NCBI RefSeq assembly: GCF_963921235.1
Contig: NC_086108.1
Coordinates: 19,592,001 to 19,656,000 of the forward strand
Direction of reading: 5' to 3'
DNA length: 64,000 bases
From: Mobula hypostoma
Taxonomy: Eukaryota
Below are positions 47,593 to 61,360 of the stretch, piece by piece (the stretch's first letter is position 1; every line of letters begins with the position of its first letter). The notes under the pieces are model-generated. The model worked only from the letters and a program-made list of their open reading frames with translations. It had not been told where the DNA came from and ran no database searches. The position numbers were made by a program, and so were the translations under genes.

Positions 47593-50500
47593 CTTGTGTC
47601 TAATTGAGCAAATGTCTTTTTATTCTTATACTTGCCTCAACCAATTTCTCTGGTAGCTTGTTCCACAGAGCTCTGCTTTCTCTATGAAGTTGTCGTCCTT
47701 TGCGGTCCTTTTTAAATCTTCCCCCTCTCGACTTAAACCTACTTTGCCTAACTTTGGGTTTCCTTTCTCTGGAGAGAAAAGACTTTATTCACCTTTTCTA
47801 TGACCATCTTGATTTTATACATCTGGGGGAAGTTGATGAAGGGCCCTGTGTTCTGAGTCATCATGAGTTATTGCATACAAGTTGTAGACCAGCTCATTAC
47901 TATTGTTGTTTTGCTTCCCAAAATACTACAACACACTATTGGAGAATTGGGACTGACTGATGTGTTAGTGTCCTGTACTTTGTATGTAGGTATTGCAGGG
48001 GGTGGGGGTTTAATGTAGTCCACTAGTTGGGACTGTGCATCAGTGGATGTTGGAGAGCAATGCAAACTGGACCTATGTGTTGCAGCATTTGCTGAACGCA
48101 AAAATGGAGAACGTTGATGGTGGAAGTACATCTTGCGGAAATCTGAGAGTTTTTGTTAAGGACACAAAACCTGCACACGAAGCTCAATGTACTTTGTATA
48201 ACCTGGCTGGTATGGTGTTGCTAGTGACTCGGCTGCTAAGTTGATAAGGGACTTTGGTTGCAAGGAATGGTAGAAGATATGTTGAATATTTTCTGTTGGA
48301 CTGAGTGTATTGAATGGGTTGCAGGAAGTAGAATAAAACAGTCATGCAAGTCAGGGAGGGGTTACTTGTGTTAAAATGTCTCCTTGTAAAGTGATGCTTG
48401 CCTTTTGACTGCAAATAGTGTGGAGAGGTAGTGCTTTTGGCAGAAATGTAATTGCTGAGGATTTATGCTGTGATTAGGCAGTGCTGTTTGTCTGTAGCTT
48501 CCTGAAATCAGACTGCAGTGTGATTGCACTTAAGAGATTATACCTTTCAACTGCAGGAGCCAGGTTTGCTTCTGAGCATGGGCAAGATATGACAGGAGGA
48601 TAATCTTAATTATTCTATTTCACAAATTCAAAATACCATGCCAGTTTCAGACCTGATTCTGTTCCTTGACCAGGCCCCTTGTAGTTGCATGGAGTATTGT
48701 CTTGAGAGGCAGTGTGCTGCAGTACTTATAAATGCATGATTGAATGCAGAGATCCTGAGGTGTTGAGCCAAGGAATGAGTGAGGAAAATACTTGGAGCAA
48801 GGACCACAGGTTGCATTTCTTTTCTCCAATTTCAGAAGTTAAATGATAATAAGACAGCCCAAACCCAGTATTCTGGCCCCTTTCCTGATTTGGAAGGTAC
48901 TTGTGTAAACCCTATTCCTTCCCTGATTCTGATGTTGGTGTTTAAATTATTGTGTAGATTGTGTTTGACAAACCTGGAGTTTTCAACAAGTGCTTGCAGT
49001 TGTTAATTCAGAAACATTACAGACAATGACATAACAATTTTAACTCTCAAGTTATTTCCTCCTTTCCCCCCCACCCCAACCACCATTGCAATGAATGATA
49101 ATATCTTAAAAAGCAGGATATTTCAATGTTCTCTTGCTCCATTGAGTGGAGTAAATTGTATTTAATAGTATATGGAAAGAGACATTGTGAAACTGCAAGG
49201 AAATGTCTGGTGGATTTAGAATGAGATTGTTGTTTCATCTGTAGTTGATTTCTGTTTTGATATCCATGTCAGTGTGTGGTTCAGTTCCAGAGTGGTTGTT
49301 GGCCTTCTGATTTGTTGTTTGGTGAGTGTGACTCAAGGACCTGTAAGCCGAATAACAAGCCAAGTTTCATAATATCCTCACAGCTGAAGTCTAAGCAACA
49401 CTCTATCAACAACTGAAGAACAGGATAGAAGAGCATTTTACAGGTCAGGGTATGTTCCTGGTTTGTGGGGAGACCGGATTTACCATCTGAATGCCATCTG
49501 AGGGCCACCTATGGAAAAACACAGCCAGATTCTGGTACCTTCGGTTAAGTATAAAACCCAAATATTATTCTTCTGCACCACCCTTGACACATCTCCTGTC
49601 TTTAATTTTTCATGCCAGAAGCTGCAACTTCTCTAGAAGTTAGAAAATGCTGGAAGTATTTGTCAGGCAGTATATGTGGAGAGAGCAAACCTTTCAAATA
49701 GATGATCTTGTTGTGTAAGTTGAATACTTTTAGCAAGTAGTACTTGAATAAAGACATAAGTTTTTATTCAACGTTTCCTCTTGGAATTTTTTAAAAGTGT
49801 ATCAGCCAACCTTTGGAGAATTGGTTATTGAATGGTCTGTGCATTACCAGTGACTAGAGCACAATACCTGAAGGGCAAAAGTCCATTTCAAGCCATTCAA
49901 AACAAAATGCAAAGCTATCTACTTTCTTTTAACTAAGCTGAATCTTCATGCATTTCTCTCATTTCAGGACACAATTAATTCCCTATTACACAAATCAGTA
50001 TATAGCGCAACTTCAGTTTTATATGGGAATTCATGTTTGTTTGTGACCTGTTTTATAAGAATAAAATCTAGGAGGGAGTGGTGCAAAGCTGTGATTCAAA
50101 GGTGCGTGTAACAACTTTTTGAATGATCTCTTTGGAATGGGAGACAAGATTACCGCAGGATTGGACCCCAGTGTTGTACAAGGGTAGATTTGTGCCTAGC
50201 AGAAATGGACACTTTAAACTTATGTTGATATGGGTTTTGGTCTGGACCTGTGCCTATCAGAATCTTTGAATTAAGATGTCATTGAAGCCTTGTTCCAGAT
50301 AACTGTGTAGATAGCAGAATTGCACTCCAGCATTAAGGAGTGGGGAAATATTTACATTTTGGAGATGAGCAATAAATCTGATTATGTTCTTGAACTGGAA
50401 CTTTTGCACTTTCAATGCACGAGGACTCCCAAATTCCTTGAACCTTGTACTTTATTTGAATTTTCTCTTTTTAGAAAATAATCTATGCCTTTTATTCTTT

Positions 50501-51264
50501 CTACCCAAGTGCCTGACCATACACTTCCCTAAATGTATTCCGTCTGCCGCCACTTTGCCCATTCTCCTAATCTGTGTAAGTGCTTCTGCAAGCTCCCTGT
50601 TCATCCACTATCTTTCAATCATCTGCAAGCATTTTTATACTGTGCTGTATTGTTATCGCTTCTGTTCTAGTGCAAGAAAGCCATCCAGGTCATGAGCGTT
50701 TTGTTCCATTTGTTCAGAGTCAAATTTATTACGCTGATGTATGTTATGAAATTTGTTATTTTGCCACAAAAAGACGATGTAAGATAAAAATTACTGTCAA
50801 TTTCAAGAAAGCACAAAAAGAAAAAAAAGTTGAGTTTGTTAAACCACAGATGTGCCCAGTGGCTTGAGGAAACCAAAAGGGAGATGTCAAGGAAACCCTG
50901 CTTGGGCATGAAGGAAGTTTAGAGAGGTGAAACCAGAAGGCTTGTGGGTGTTTGGAAGTTTGATGGAAGGATAGAAGTTGTGGTATGCGAGTCATCAGGC
51001 TTTGTACCACTTCTTCAGGCATATCATGGATGGTGAGGGTCCTTAATGACAGATGCCATCACTTGATGTCCTGTGGTGGGGTTAATCATGCCTGTGATGG
51101 AACTGGCTGATTCTACAACCCTCGCGGCCTCTTGCCATCCTGTGCATTGGAGCTTCCATACCAGGCTGTGATGTAACCAGTCCGAATGCTCTCTGTCTTT
51201 CAAAATTTGCAGGTCTTTGGTGTCATACCAAGTCTCCTCAGAAATTCTAGCAAAGTAAAGATGC

Positions 51265-52495
51265 TGATGTATTTTCAAATATACAACATCCACTGGTTCC
51301 CCTTTATCCACTGCTCTCATTTTAACCCCACAGAATTCTTGTAAGTTTGTCAAACAGGGCCAGCCCATCATGAATCCATGTTAAGTCCGCCTGATGGAAT
51401 CATTTCTATCTAAGTGCCTTGCTATTTCTTAATGATAGCTTCAAGCAAATTCTTGACCACAGGTGTTAAGCTAACTGGCCTATAGTTACACAAACACAAG
51501 AAAATCAGCAGATGCTGGATATCCAAAGCAACACACAAAATGCTATAGGTATCTACCTTTTGCCTAGCAACACACATCAAAGTTGCTGGTGAGCGCAGCA
51601 GGCCAGGCAGCATCTCTAGGAAGAGGTACAGCCGACGTTTCGGGCCAAGACCCTTCGTCACCCAAAACGTCGACTGTACCTCTTCCTAGAGATGCTGCCT
51701 GGCCTGCTGCGTTCACCAGCAACTTTGATGTGTGTTGCTTGAAATTCCAGCATCTGCAGAATTCCTCATGTTCACGTCATACCTTTTGCCTATATTGTTT
51801 TGAAACAGTGACGGTCACTTGTTCTCTCCCAATCTGCGGGAACATGCGCACCAGAGTGTAAAGAATTTTGGTGGGTTTGCCACATCTTCCACCACTTATT
51901 TCAGTGCCTTGGGATGCTCCCATCAGGACCAGGAGGCTTGTCTCGTTTTCGGCTCATTAGTTTGTTCCATACTACTACTTAAGTGATAATGATTGTAATG
52001 AGCTCCTCACTTCCCATCGTATCCATAATATCTCATTTTGGCATGCTAGACATATTCTCCACTGTGAAGGCCAACACAAAATAGTTGTTCAAAGCCTCAC
52101 CCATTTCCACATTACCCAATATTAATTCCCCTTTCTCATCTTCCACTTCCGCTTTGTATAATTATAAAGCTGCTCTCTGTTTTTATATTTTGTGCTTGTG
52201 GACATTCATGATATCTTCCTTTTCCTAATTGTTGGCTTAGTGGTTCTTTGTTGCTTTAAGGTTTTTCTAATTTTCCAGCTTCCCACTACTTTGGGGACTT
52301 CGCATGAACCTTTTGTCTGATGTCTTTTATTCCCTTAGTTGTCCAAGGCTGGCTCTCTCCACTCTCCTTGTTTTTAACTGGAATACACTTTTGTTGAACA
52401 CCATGAAAAAATCTCTGTGAATTTGACTCACCCAATCTCTGTGCAAGTTTAGGTCCCCCCATGACAATTCCTGTTCCACTGATGTTCTTATTTTG
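51265..52495 (-). mobile_element. CR1 ORF2 remnant with Penelope-tail insertions
   Basis: CLTNLQEF, VDKGEPVDVVYL, NYRPVSLTPVV, QPWTTK. Confidence 0.75.
51567..51779. mobile_element. Mini fold-back Penelope terminal insertion
   Basis: Inverted arms ~51567-51644 and 51661-51738; 13-bp TSD taccttttgccta at 51554-51566 and 51780-51792. Confidence 0.88.
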
Positions 52496-53324
52496 CATGC
52501 AAGGTTGTTACTGTGACAGTGCTGAACCAGCCACTCTGTCTCAATGCTGTATGTTGCTTCATTGCCATCTGAGATCCTACCAACAACAGTGAAGTCATTG
52601 GTGAATTGATGTCTTTTTTAAACTGTGCTTAGTTACACAGTATGTATCCTTGAGGTGTGAGGAGGAGTTGTTACTACCAGTCCATGCTCTTGATAAGGAT
52701 GTTGAGAATTCAGTTGCAGTGGGAGTTTCTAAGTCCCAGGTTTTAAAGCTCGTTGATTAATATTGAAAGGATGAATGATGGTGTTGATTGCTGAGCTGTA
52801 ATCAGTAATCTTGTAATGTTTTGATAAATTGGTAGTGTGAAAAGATCAGGAACCTTTCAAACAAGAAAATGGTGGGCCTGCACCAAAACCTGTATATACG
52901 ATAGGCACCAATCTCCACAGCAGAGATTGTGGGAGAGATTACAAAATTAGTTTCAATTGCTAGGAAAAGGTTAGTGACCACTCACTTTGCCTACCAGTTA
53001 GCTGCACAAGGCATTGATAACCGTTGCATGTTATAACAATATGTCCTTCAGTCAGATTACAAGGCTCCCAAAATGGTCAGATTTTTGGGAACCATTGGTA
53101 CGGAGTTTCTATTCTTTCCCAGGACTTGTCACATGTCCTGTCTCAAATCAGTCAATGTGTCCCAATATCTTCTGAAAGCATTAGTTTGTCTCTGTATGAG
53201 TCAGTGTTGATGCTCCGCTGACTCTGGAAATTCCACGTTTTACCTTTGCTGCTGAGGCATAAGCCATCTTATGGGAAAGCCTGTTCTCACATTGCAAGCT
53301 TCCTCAAAAGTGTGAGCCACGGAG

Positions 53325-53610
53325 TTACAAATAGAAACAGCCCATTGCCCCATTGAGTCTATGCAGACCATCAGTCCCCCATTTTGGTCTTAAACTAATC
53401 ACATTTTATTCTCTTCACATTATTCCTGAACTTGATCACTCATCTGCATGCCAGGGCAATTTGCAGCGGCTAGTTGGCCTACCTGCCTACACATGGGAGG
53501 AAACTGGAGCACCTGGAGAAAACCCAGAGAATATACGTTCTGTGCATTGATACACCAAGTGAGTAGGATTGAAGCTGAACTGCCTGAGCAGTGAGCCAGT
53601 AGCTTTGTAA
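53325..53610 (-). mobile_element. V-SINE with CR1-like tail
   Basis: tgggaggaaactggagcacctggagaaaaccca; tail ttacaaatagaaacag. Confidence 0.6.
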
Positions 53611-56600
53611 GCTGTATTGGGCCTACAGTGGGGCCCGCCATAAATATAGGTCCAAGCTGAACGAGTAAGGGTCCCAACATCAGCTGGAATCATTTGTTCT
53701 TTAGCCCTTGAATTTGGTGACAAAGATACGTCTAGTTAATTTGATAAAATCATTGCCTTTACAGAGAAATTTGAGAATAAACTGCCTAGCTTCCAATTCT
53801 TTTTGTGTCTTAATAATCTGCTTTTAAGTATTTGGAGTAAGATCCTGATCAACAGATGACCTGGCTCTTTGCTTTCCTCTGGTCTATAGGTTTCCCACAC
53901 AAAGTGCTTTTGTATAAATGAGCAGAAAGTCCCAGGCCAAAACTAAGGAAATTGTAACAGCATCTGTCCTTTGTAAGCTGCAAGTCTAGCCATTTGGGAA
54001 GTGTTCAATATTCAGTCTGCAAAAATGTTGGGAACTTCACCAACTTCTGAAACTGTGTGCTGAAACATGAAGTGTTACTACTTTCCTAACAGTGAAAGTA
54101 TTCAGGCTTTGCTGATAAACTCTTGTAGGAAGGTCTGAGCATCAGAATCAAGTTTATTCTCACTGACTTGTATGTCGTGAAACTTGTTGTTTTGCAGCAG
54201 CAGTACTGTATCTGAGGTGGGAAAAGGAGCAGTGTGGGGTGAGGGAAGGGGTGCGTGGGGTGGGGAAAAGAATTGTGAGACATGGTGACTGCTACTAAAT
54301 TGAGTGCTAAAGATATTTTCAATACCATTCTCAACTGCAGGATTGCATAGCTCAACTGTAATTGTATGTTATGCCCAAAGACTCAGCTGGTAAATGATTT
54401 TGTACATTTAACTCATCTGGACAACAAATATGTTGCCATAAGACTGAGTGCCTTTAAAGTCAGGGAGGTGCAGCACTTCCTCTCATTGTAACCATCTTTC
54501 TAATGGATTTGCAAATGTAGCTGTTCCCTGTCTCCTTGTCATGGTTTTGGAGAGGGTGGATTATCTTAGCTGAGGTTCAGGGGATGGGGGGAGTGAAGGC
54601 AAAACAGGGCTGAGTATATTGCTCGAACAAGAGTGGGACTTTGGAAAAGATTCCAGGAAAATAAATGAAGTGTTGATGCTACCAAGAAACACACAGCAGG
54701 ATCTGCTTCAAATAAAATGAAGTTTTGCACTGATTTGAGAATGTTTGTTGCTGACCTCAATTATGTATGGCAGGAGAGTTCAGTTCCTTAGTTATGCCTA
54801 CCACATTTTTGTCCCCATCTCAGTCAGTTACTGCTGTTGATATGCAGTGACTGATCCAAGCAGAAAAGTTCAGCTGTGTCATTGAGGTGAGAATATGATT
54901 TTAGGTTGGTTGTGATTTCCTACAAGGTCAGCTTGCGTGACATTACTCTTGCCTGAATTTCCTTCATGAATAATGTTTGGCCAACCCTTTGGAATTAAAT
55001 GCATCATCGGGACCTTAAGAAGAGAAAATTGGTGGGCTATGGCATCTGTAGGCACTGCATTTAATATCTGCTTACCTGTATTCTTCTCCAACATTAAGCA
55101 TCTAACAAAATAGAACCCAAGTTTTCACTGCAACTTTTTTTTGAGCCCCTGTTTGATACTCAGTTTCAGGTGGCTTTAATTTTGGTGCCTTATTGATAGG
55201 ATTGGAATGTAGTGACACCAAGTGGCAAGATTATTACAGCAACCTACAAGTGGGTCCTGTCACATTCCTCTGCTCAAAATGCCAACTACATTGGTTGATG
55301 TGGTCACAAACCAGACAAACGGGTTTCAGGCACAAACACTGGTTTGTGAGACAATGGTTAATTGCAGGGAGGAACAGCTCTTTGCGTTGGTACTGGTTTA
55401 TTGTGATAAGATACCAAGATGAATCACAGTAAAGGCGGGTTTATTTTCTCAGTTTCAGGAAAGTTAATTTCTTTTTACCAGGCTGCTCCAGGTTGGAAGG
55501 TTTTTGTTGTTGCTATTAGTTGAATGGTAGGTGAACGGTAGAATCTGTGGTGGTGGGGGAGGGGGGGGGGTGGAGAAGAGAGTGGTTGATGGTTGGCCTG
55601 GGTTAAAAGACTTGTTCCTCTGGTGAATCTGTCTTAACTCTGAGACTAATGGGTGGTAGGTGAGGGGTGGGGCTATTGTTCAAACCATTTATTGGCAGTT
55701 GAAATAATGTAGGATTGGATGCTCCTGTTTTGTCCCACTCAGCTAGTGACATTCATTGTGTAGTTTTTAGTTACAGGATGTGGATGTTAATGGTAAGGCC
55801 AGCTTCAATTGCGTATCCCTAAAGCTCATGAGTTGGTGGTGCTGAGCTACTATCTGCAACCAGAGTTCTTTTGGCTACTTTTCTGGGATGAAGCTGTTGA
55901 AGGAAAAGAAATATTTTTACATCAGATGATTGTGACCTTGTTCTGCATTTGTCTTCTTCCCACTAACCTTTAGCAGCCATCCCTGTCTATCTCCATCTGT
56001 CTTAAAATTGTTCTCCGATTTGCTTCCACCACCCTTTGGGGAGAGAGCTGTAAACACTCTCTGAAAGAAAGAATCTTGCCTCCTCTCTGAATTGGATGGA
56101 CGACCCCCCCCCCCCCGTTAGAGGCTTTCTCATGAAAAGAAACTTCCAACCTGTCGCGATCTCTCAATATTCTGTTCAAATCCCTTCCCACTTCCCAAAA
56201 CTCTGTCAACTACTTTACTGGCCTGTCCAGACTTTCCTCAGAAGATGTTGAGTTTAGATACCAATAAAGTGAATGAAGACTTGAGAACCTGCTGTGCTAC
56301 AGTTGCAATGTTCCACTTGTCGTTAACCTTCCATGGTAGGAGGCTGAGGGTTTTAGACATGTTGTGGAAGAAGCTTTCCCTGTAGTGATGAATGTCCCAC
56401 CAGCCTATGATGCAGTACTGGTGCAGGAGTTAGGAAGTATGAAGGATATTGAATAGGTGCAAGTCAAGCAAACTGCTGCTTCCTACAACCTGCCAAGTTT
56501 TGTTGGAACTCCACTTGTTCAGGCAAGTATGAGGTATTAGGTCACAATCGCCATTGTCATTTCTGTTTTGTGGATGTTTGAGGAGTCAAGGTCAATCACT

Positions 56601-57319
56601 AGATGCAGCATATCAAGCGTCATATCTGCCTGTGCAGCTACTAGGTATTAAATAACTGAGGTTTGATGGAAGTAATGGGGGTGTGGAAACTTGGTTAATG
56701 GAGGGAATATAGTTGTGGTTAGTGTTTTGGCATTAGAGGAACAGAAAAAGTGATGCCCAAGAGAAATTTTGATCAATGCCATTGAGATTTTAGGTAACAA
56801 AAGAAAAAAATTAGGCACTGCATCGCTCCTTCATTTTGGTGGCAGATATATTTTGGCTGAATGACTGACTATGTGAATGAAGCAGATATACTCCAAAGCA
56901 GTTTGTTGTCAATTTCCAGATATGGTACTGTTAAAAAAATGTTAACAAAGTACTGTATTAAAAAAATGTAAACTGAGATCTGTTGTCAGCCTGAATCTAT
57001 GAATCTATGTGATACTTGTTTGCTCCATAAGTTGACAGGAGAGTGAAGGTAAGAAGCTGTATTTGCTGCTGATGATTTATTAAGTTGGAGGCAGATGCTT
57101 GGGTATGTGTTTGCTGAAGCAATTCACTGACATCTTGACTTGCATTGCATTGAAACATGTATATTGTCAAAAATATTCATAGCAGCAGGAGCAAACGTGC
57201 AGCAAAGGAGCACTATTCGCAGCACTGAGCAGTAATTTTGTGTGTGATGCTGTAGTTCGATGTTCTGTCGTCTTCCTGCTGCTCAAGTCACTTTCTGTGA
57301 CTGGATGGTCGCCTCACTG

Positions 57320-59745
57320 CAGTCCTGAAGAGAGAATATCGGCAGTTAGGTTGGAAGCTGAAAAGCAGGGCCTCCAGGACAGTGATGTCTGGATTGCTGC
57401 CTGTGCCAGGCACCAGTGAGGTTCCAAATAGGAGGATTTGGCAGATAAATGTGTGGCTGAGGAATTGGTGCAGGTGGCAGGGTTCAGATTTCTGGATCAT
57501 TGGGATCTCTTTTGAGGAAGGTATGACCTGTACAAAAAAAGACTGGTTACACCTGAACCTGAGGTGGGTTCAATATCCTTGCAAGCATGTTTGCTAGAAC
57601 TGTTGGGGAGGGTTTAAACTACTTTGACAGGGGGTGCGAAAAGCAGTGGATAGGGCTGAGGATGGGGCAGTTGGTGTACAAGTAATGCAGTTGGAGATTG
57701 GCAAGTACGACGTGTGGGCATCACTGAGTCATGGCTGATAGATCATAGGTGGAAATTTAACACTGAAGGATATGCATTGTATCGGGAGGACAGGCTGGGA
57801 GGTGGAGAGTTTGGGGTGGCTCTGATTTTTAAAAAAAAATCAAATCGTTAGAAAGAGGTGACATAAGATCAGAAGATACTTGTGGGTAGTTAAGAAACTG
57901 CAATGGTAAAATGACTCAGAATTGTATATTCTGAACAGTAGCCAGGATGTGGGATACAAATTAGAATGGGAGATACAAAAGGCATGTAAAAGGACAATGT
58001 TGCAATAGTGATGGGGATTTGAATATCCAGGTAGATTGGGGAAAGTTGTATTGGTGCTGGATCCCAAGAGGGGAATTTGTAGATGGCTTTTTAGAGAAGC
58101 TTGTGGTTGAGCCCACCAGGGGAAAGGCAATTCTGGATTAGGCATTGTGTAATGAGCCAGATTTGATGAGGGAGCTTAAGGTAAATGAACCCTTAGGAGA
58201 GAGTAATTATATGATAAAATTCACCTTTGCTGTTTGAGAAGGGGAAGCTAACTCCAATGTATCAGTATTACGATGGAGTAAAGGGAATTACAGAGACATG
58301 AGAGTAGCTGGCCAAAGATGATTGGAAGGGGACCCAGGCAGGGGTGTTGGCAGAACAGCAGTAGGAGTTTCCATGGGCAATTAAGAAGGTGCAGGATTAG
58401 TACATCTCAAAGATGAAGCAGTATTCTAAAAGGAACGTGAGGCAACCATGGCTGACAAGGGAAGACAAGGACAGCAGAAAAGGAAAAGGGCAAGCATATA
58501 ATACAGTAACAATTAGTGGGAAGGTAGAGGATTGGAAAACTTTTGAAAGCCAACAAAAGGCCACAAAAAAAAAGCCAGGAGGAGGAGGAGAAAGGTGAAA
58601 TGTGAAGGTAATCTAGCCAATAAGACAAAGAAGGATACCAAAGAATTTTTCAGACATATAAGAAGTGAGTAGATTTCAGACCACTGGGAAATGATGCTGG
58701 AGAGGACAAAGAAATGACAGATGAACATAAGTATTTTGTGTCAGCCTGCACTGTGTAAGACACTAGTAGTATGACAGAAATTAAAGAGCATCGGGTGCAG
58801 AAGTGAATGTACAGTAGTTGGTACAGATAAGGAGAAGGTACTTGGGAAACAAAGTAGATAAGTCACCTGGACCAGATGGTCTACACCCCAGAGTTCTGAA
58901 AGAGGTTGCTGAAGAGATTGTGGAGGCATTAGGAGTGATCTTTCAAGAATTACTAGATTCAGGAATGTCTCGGGAGGACTGGAAAATTACAAATGTCATT
59001 CCACTTTTTAAGAATGGAGGAGGGCAGAAAAAAGGAAATTATAAGCCAGTTAGCCTGACTTCAGTGGATCAGAAGATGTTAGAGTCCATTATTAAGGATG
59101 AGGTTTGGGGATACTTGGAAGCACATAATAAAATGACCTAAAGTCAGCATGGTTTCCTGAGGGGAAATCTTGCCTGACAAATCGTGGAAATTCTTTGAGA
59201 AAATAGCAGGCAGCATAGAAAAAGGAGAGTCAGTGGATGTTGTTTACTTGGATTTTTCAGACGGCCTTTGACAAGTTGTGCACAAGATGAGACCCATAGT
59301 ATTACAAGAAAGATACCAACATGAATAGAAGATTGGCTGACTGGCAGGAGGCAGAGTCAGAGTAAAGAGGACCTATTCTGACTGGTTACCGGTGACTAGT
59401 GGTGCTCTGCAGGAGACTGGATTGGGACAGCTTTTCGCATTTATGTACATGATTTGGATGATGGAATTGATGGCTTTGTGGCCAGTTTTGTAGACAACAC
59501 AAAGATGGGTGGAGGTGCAGTTAGTGTTGTGGAAGCAGGGAGTCTGCAGAAGGAATTGGATTAGATTGGGAGAATGGGTAAAGATGTGGCAGATGGAATA
59601 GAGTATAAGAAAGTGTGTGGACATGCACTTTGGTAGAATGAGCAACAGCTATTTTCTGAACAAGGAGAAAATTTAAATATCTGAGTTGCAAAGGGACTTA
59701 GGAATCTTTGTGTTGGATTCCATAAAAAATAATCTTCAAGTTGTG
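57320..59745 (+). mobile_element. Old CR1 LINE (ORF1 esterase through RT), decayed
   Basis: SGLLPVP, WLHLN, DKSPGPDGLHPRVLKEVAEEI, NYKPVSLTSV. Confidence 0.85.
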
Positions 59746-59959
59746 GTGACAAGAAATGATTCAGATGATATAAAATGTCAGAAGGGAATTTCCCTCCTTG
59801 CAAGCAGTTTTGTAAATTTAATTTATCTTTATGAGAAATGTAGCTGTGTGAAAACCCTGTAAAGGTTGTCCAAGTACTTTTAACTCCAGTGTAATCTTTA
59901 GTTTATTCAAATTTTGTCCATGAACTCCTGAAACACAATTTTAACAATGGGAGTAAACT

Positions 59960-61360
59960 GTACATCCACAATCATGAAATGCTTTGAGAAGTTGGTAATG
60001 ACTAGACCGAGCTCCTGCCTCAGTAAGGACCTGGACACATTGCAATTTGCCTAACACTGCAATAGGTCAACAGCAGGTGTACTCTCAGTGGTTCTTCACA
60101 TAGCCTTAGACCACCTGGACAACACAAACACCTATGTCAGGATACTGTTCATCAACTATAGCTCAGCATTTAATACCATCATTCCCACAATCCTGATTGA
60201 GAAGTTGCAGAACCTGGACCTCTGTACCTCCCTCTGCAATTGGATCCTTGATTTCCTAACTGGAAGTCTATACTCTATGTGGATTGGTGATAAAATCTCC
60301 TCCTCACTGATGATCAAAACTGGTGCACCTCAGGAGTGTGTGCTTAGCCCACTGCTCTACTCTGTATATACACATGACTGTGTGGCTAGGCCATCTATAA
60401 ATTTGCTGATGATGCAACCATTGTTGGTAGAATCTCAGATGGTGATGAGAGGATGTGCAGGAGTGAGGTGCAGTGGAGAGGTGTCACACAACAACCTACA
60501 AACATTAGTAAGACAAAAAAGCTGATTGTGGACTTCAGGAAGGGTAAGATGAAGGAACACATACTAATCCTCCTAGAAGGGTCAGAAGTGGAGAGAGTGA
60601 GCAGTTCCAAGATCTCTGAGGATCTAACCTGGTCCCATCGACTGTACCTCTTCCTAGAGATGCTGCCTGGCCTGCGCGTTCACCGGCAACTTTTATGTGT
60701 GTTGCTTGAATTTCCAGCATCTGCAGAATTCCTGTTGTCTGCAGATTTCCTCGTGTTTGCCCATCATATCGATGCAGTTTTAAAGAAGGCAAGACGGTGG
60801 CTATACTTCATTAGTCTAAAGAGATTTGGTATGTCAACAAATACACTCAAAAACTTCTATAGATGTACTGTGGAGAGCAGTCTGACAGGCTGCGTCACTG
60901 TCTTGGTATGGGGGTGCGGGGTGGTGGCTACTGCACAGGACGAAAAGAAGCTGCAGAGGGTTGTAAATTTAGTTAGCTCCGTCTTGGGTACTAGCCTACA
61001 AAATACCCAGAACATCTCCAAGGAGTGGTGTCTCAGAAAGTCAGCGTCCACTATTAAGGACGTCCAGCACCCAGGGCATGCCCTTTTCTCACTGTTACTA
61101 TCAGGTAGCAGGTACAGAAGCCTGAAGACACACACTCAGCGATTCCCTCTGCCATCCGATTCCTAAATAGACATTAAACCCTTGGACACTACCTCACTTG
61201 TTTAATATATATTATTTCAGTTGTTTGCAAGATTTTTAATCTAGTCAATATAAATATACTATAATTGATTTACTTATTTTGTGTTTTTTTTTCTATATTA
61301 TGTATTGTATTGAACTGCTAAGTTAACACATTTCACGTCACATGATAATAAACCTGATTC
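59960..61360 (+). mobile_element. Rex1/Babar LINE RT to 3' end
   Basis: [47 protein letters not shown]; tail aataaacctgattctga. Confidence 0.88.
60640..60759 (+). mobile_element. Penelope post-hammerhead tail inserted in Rex1
   Basis: gactgtacctcttcctagagatgctgcc...; direct repeat cccatc at 60634-60639 and 60760-60765. Confidence 0.8.

Noticed and set aside
49260..49370. Hydrophobic frame VWFSSRVVVGLLICCLVSVTQG as a possible exon
   Set aside because: No in-frame ATG or convincing acceptor, and no recognisable homology
54216..54266. G-run cluster (possible G-quadruplex)
   Set aside because: Such short G-rich runs are common here and nothing supports a function
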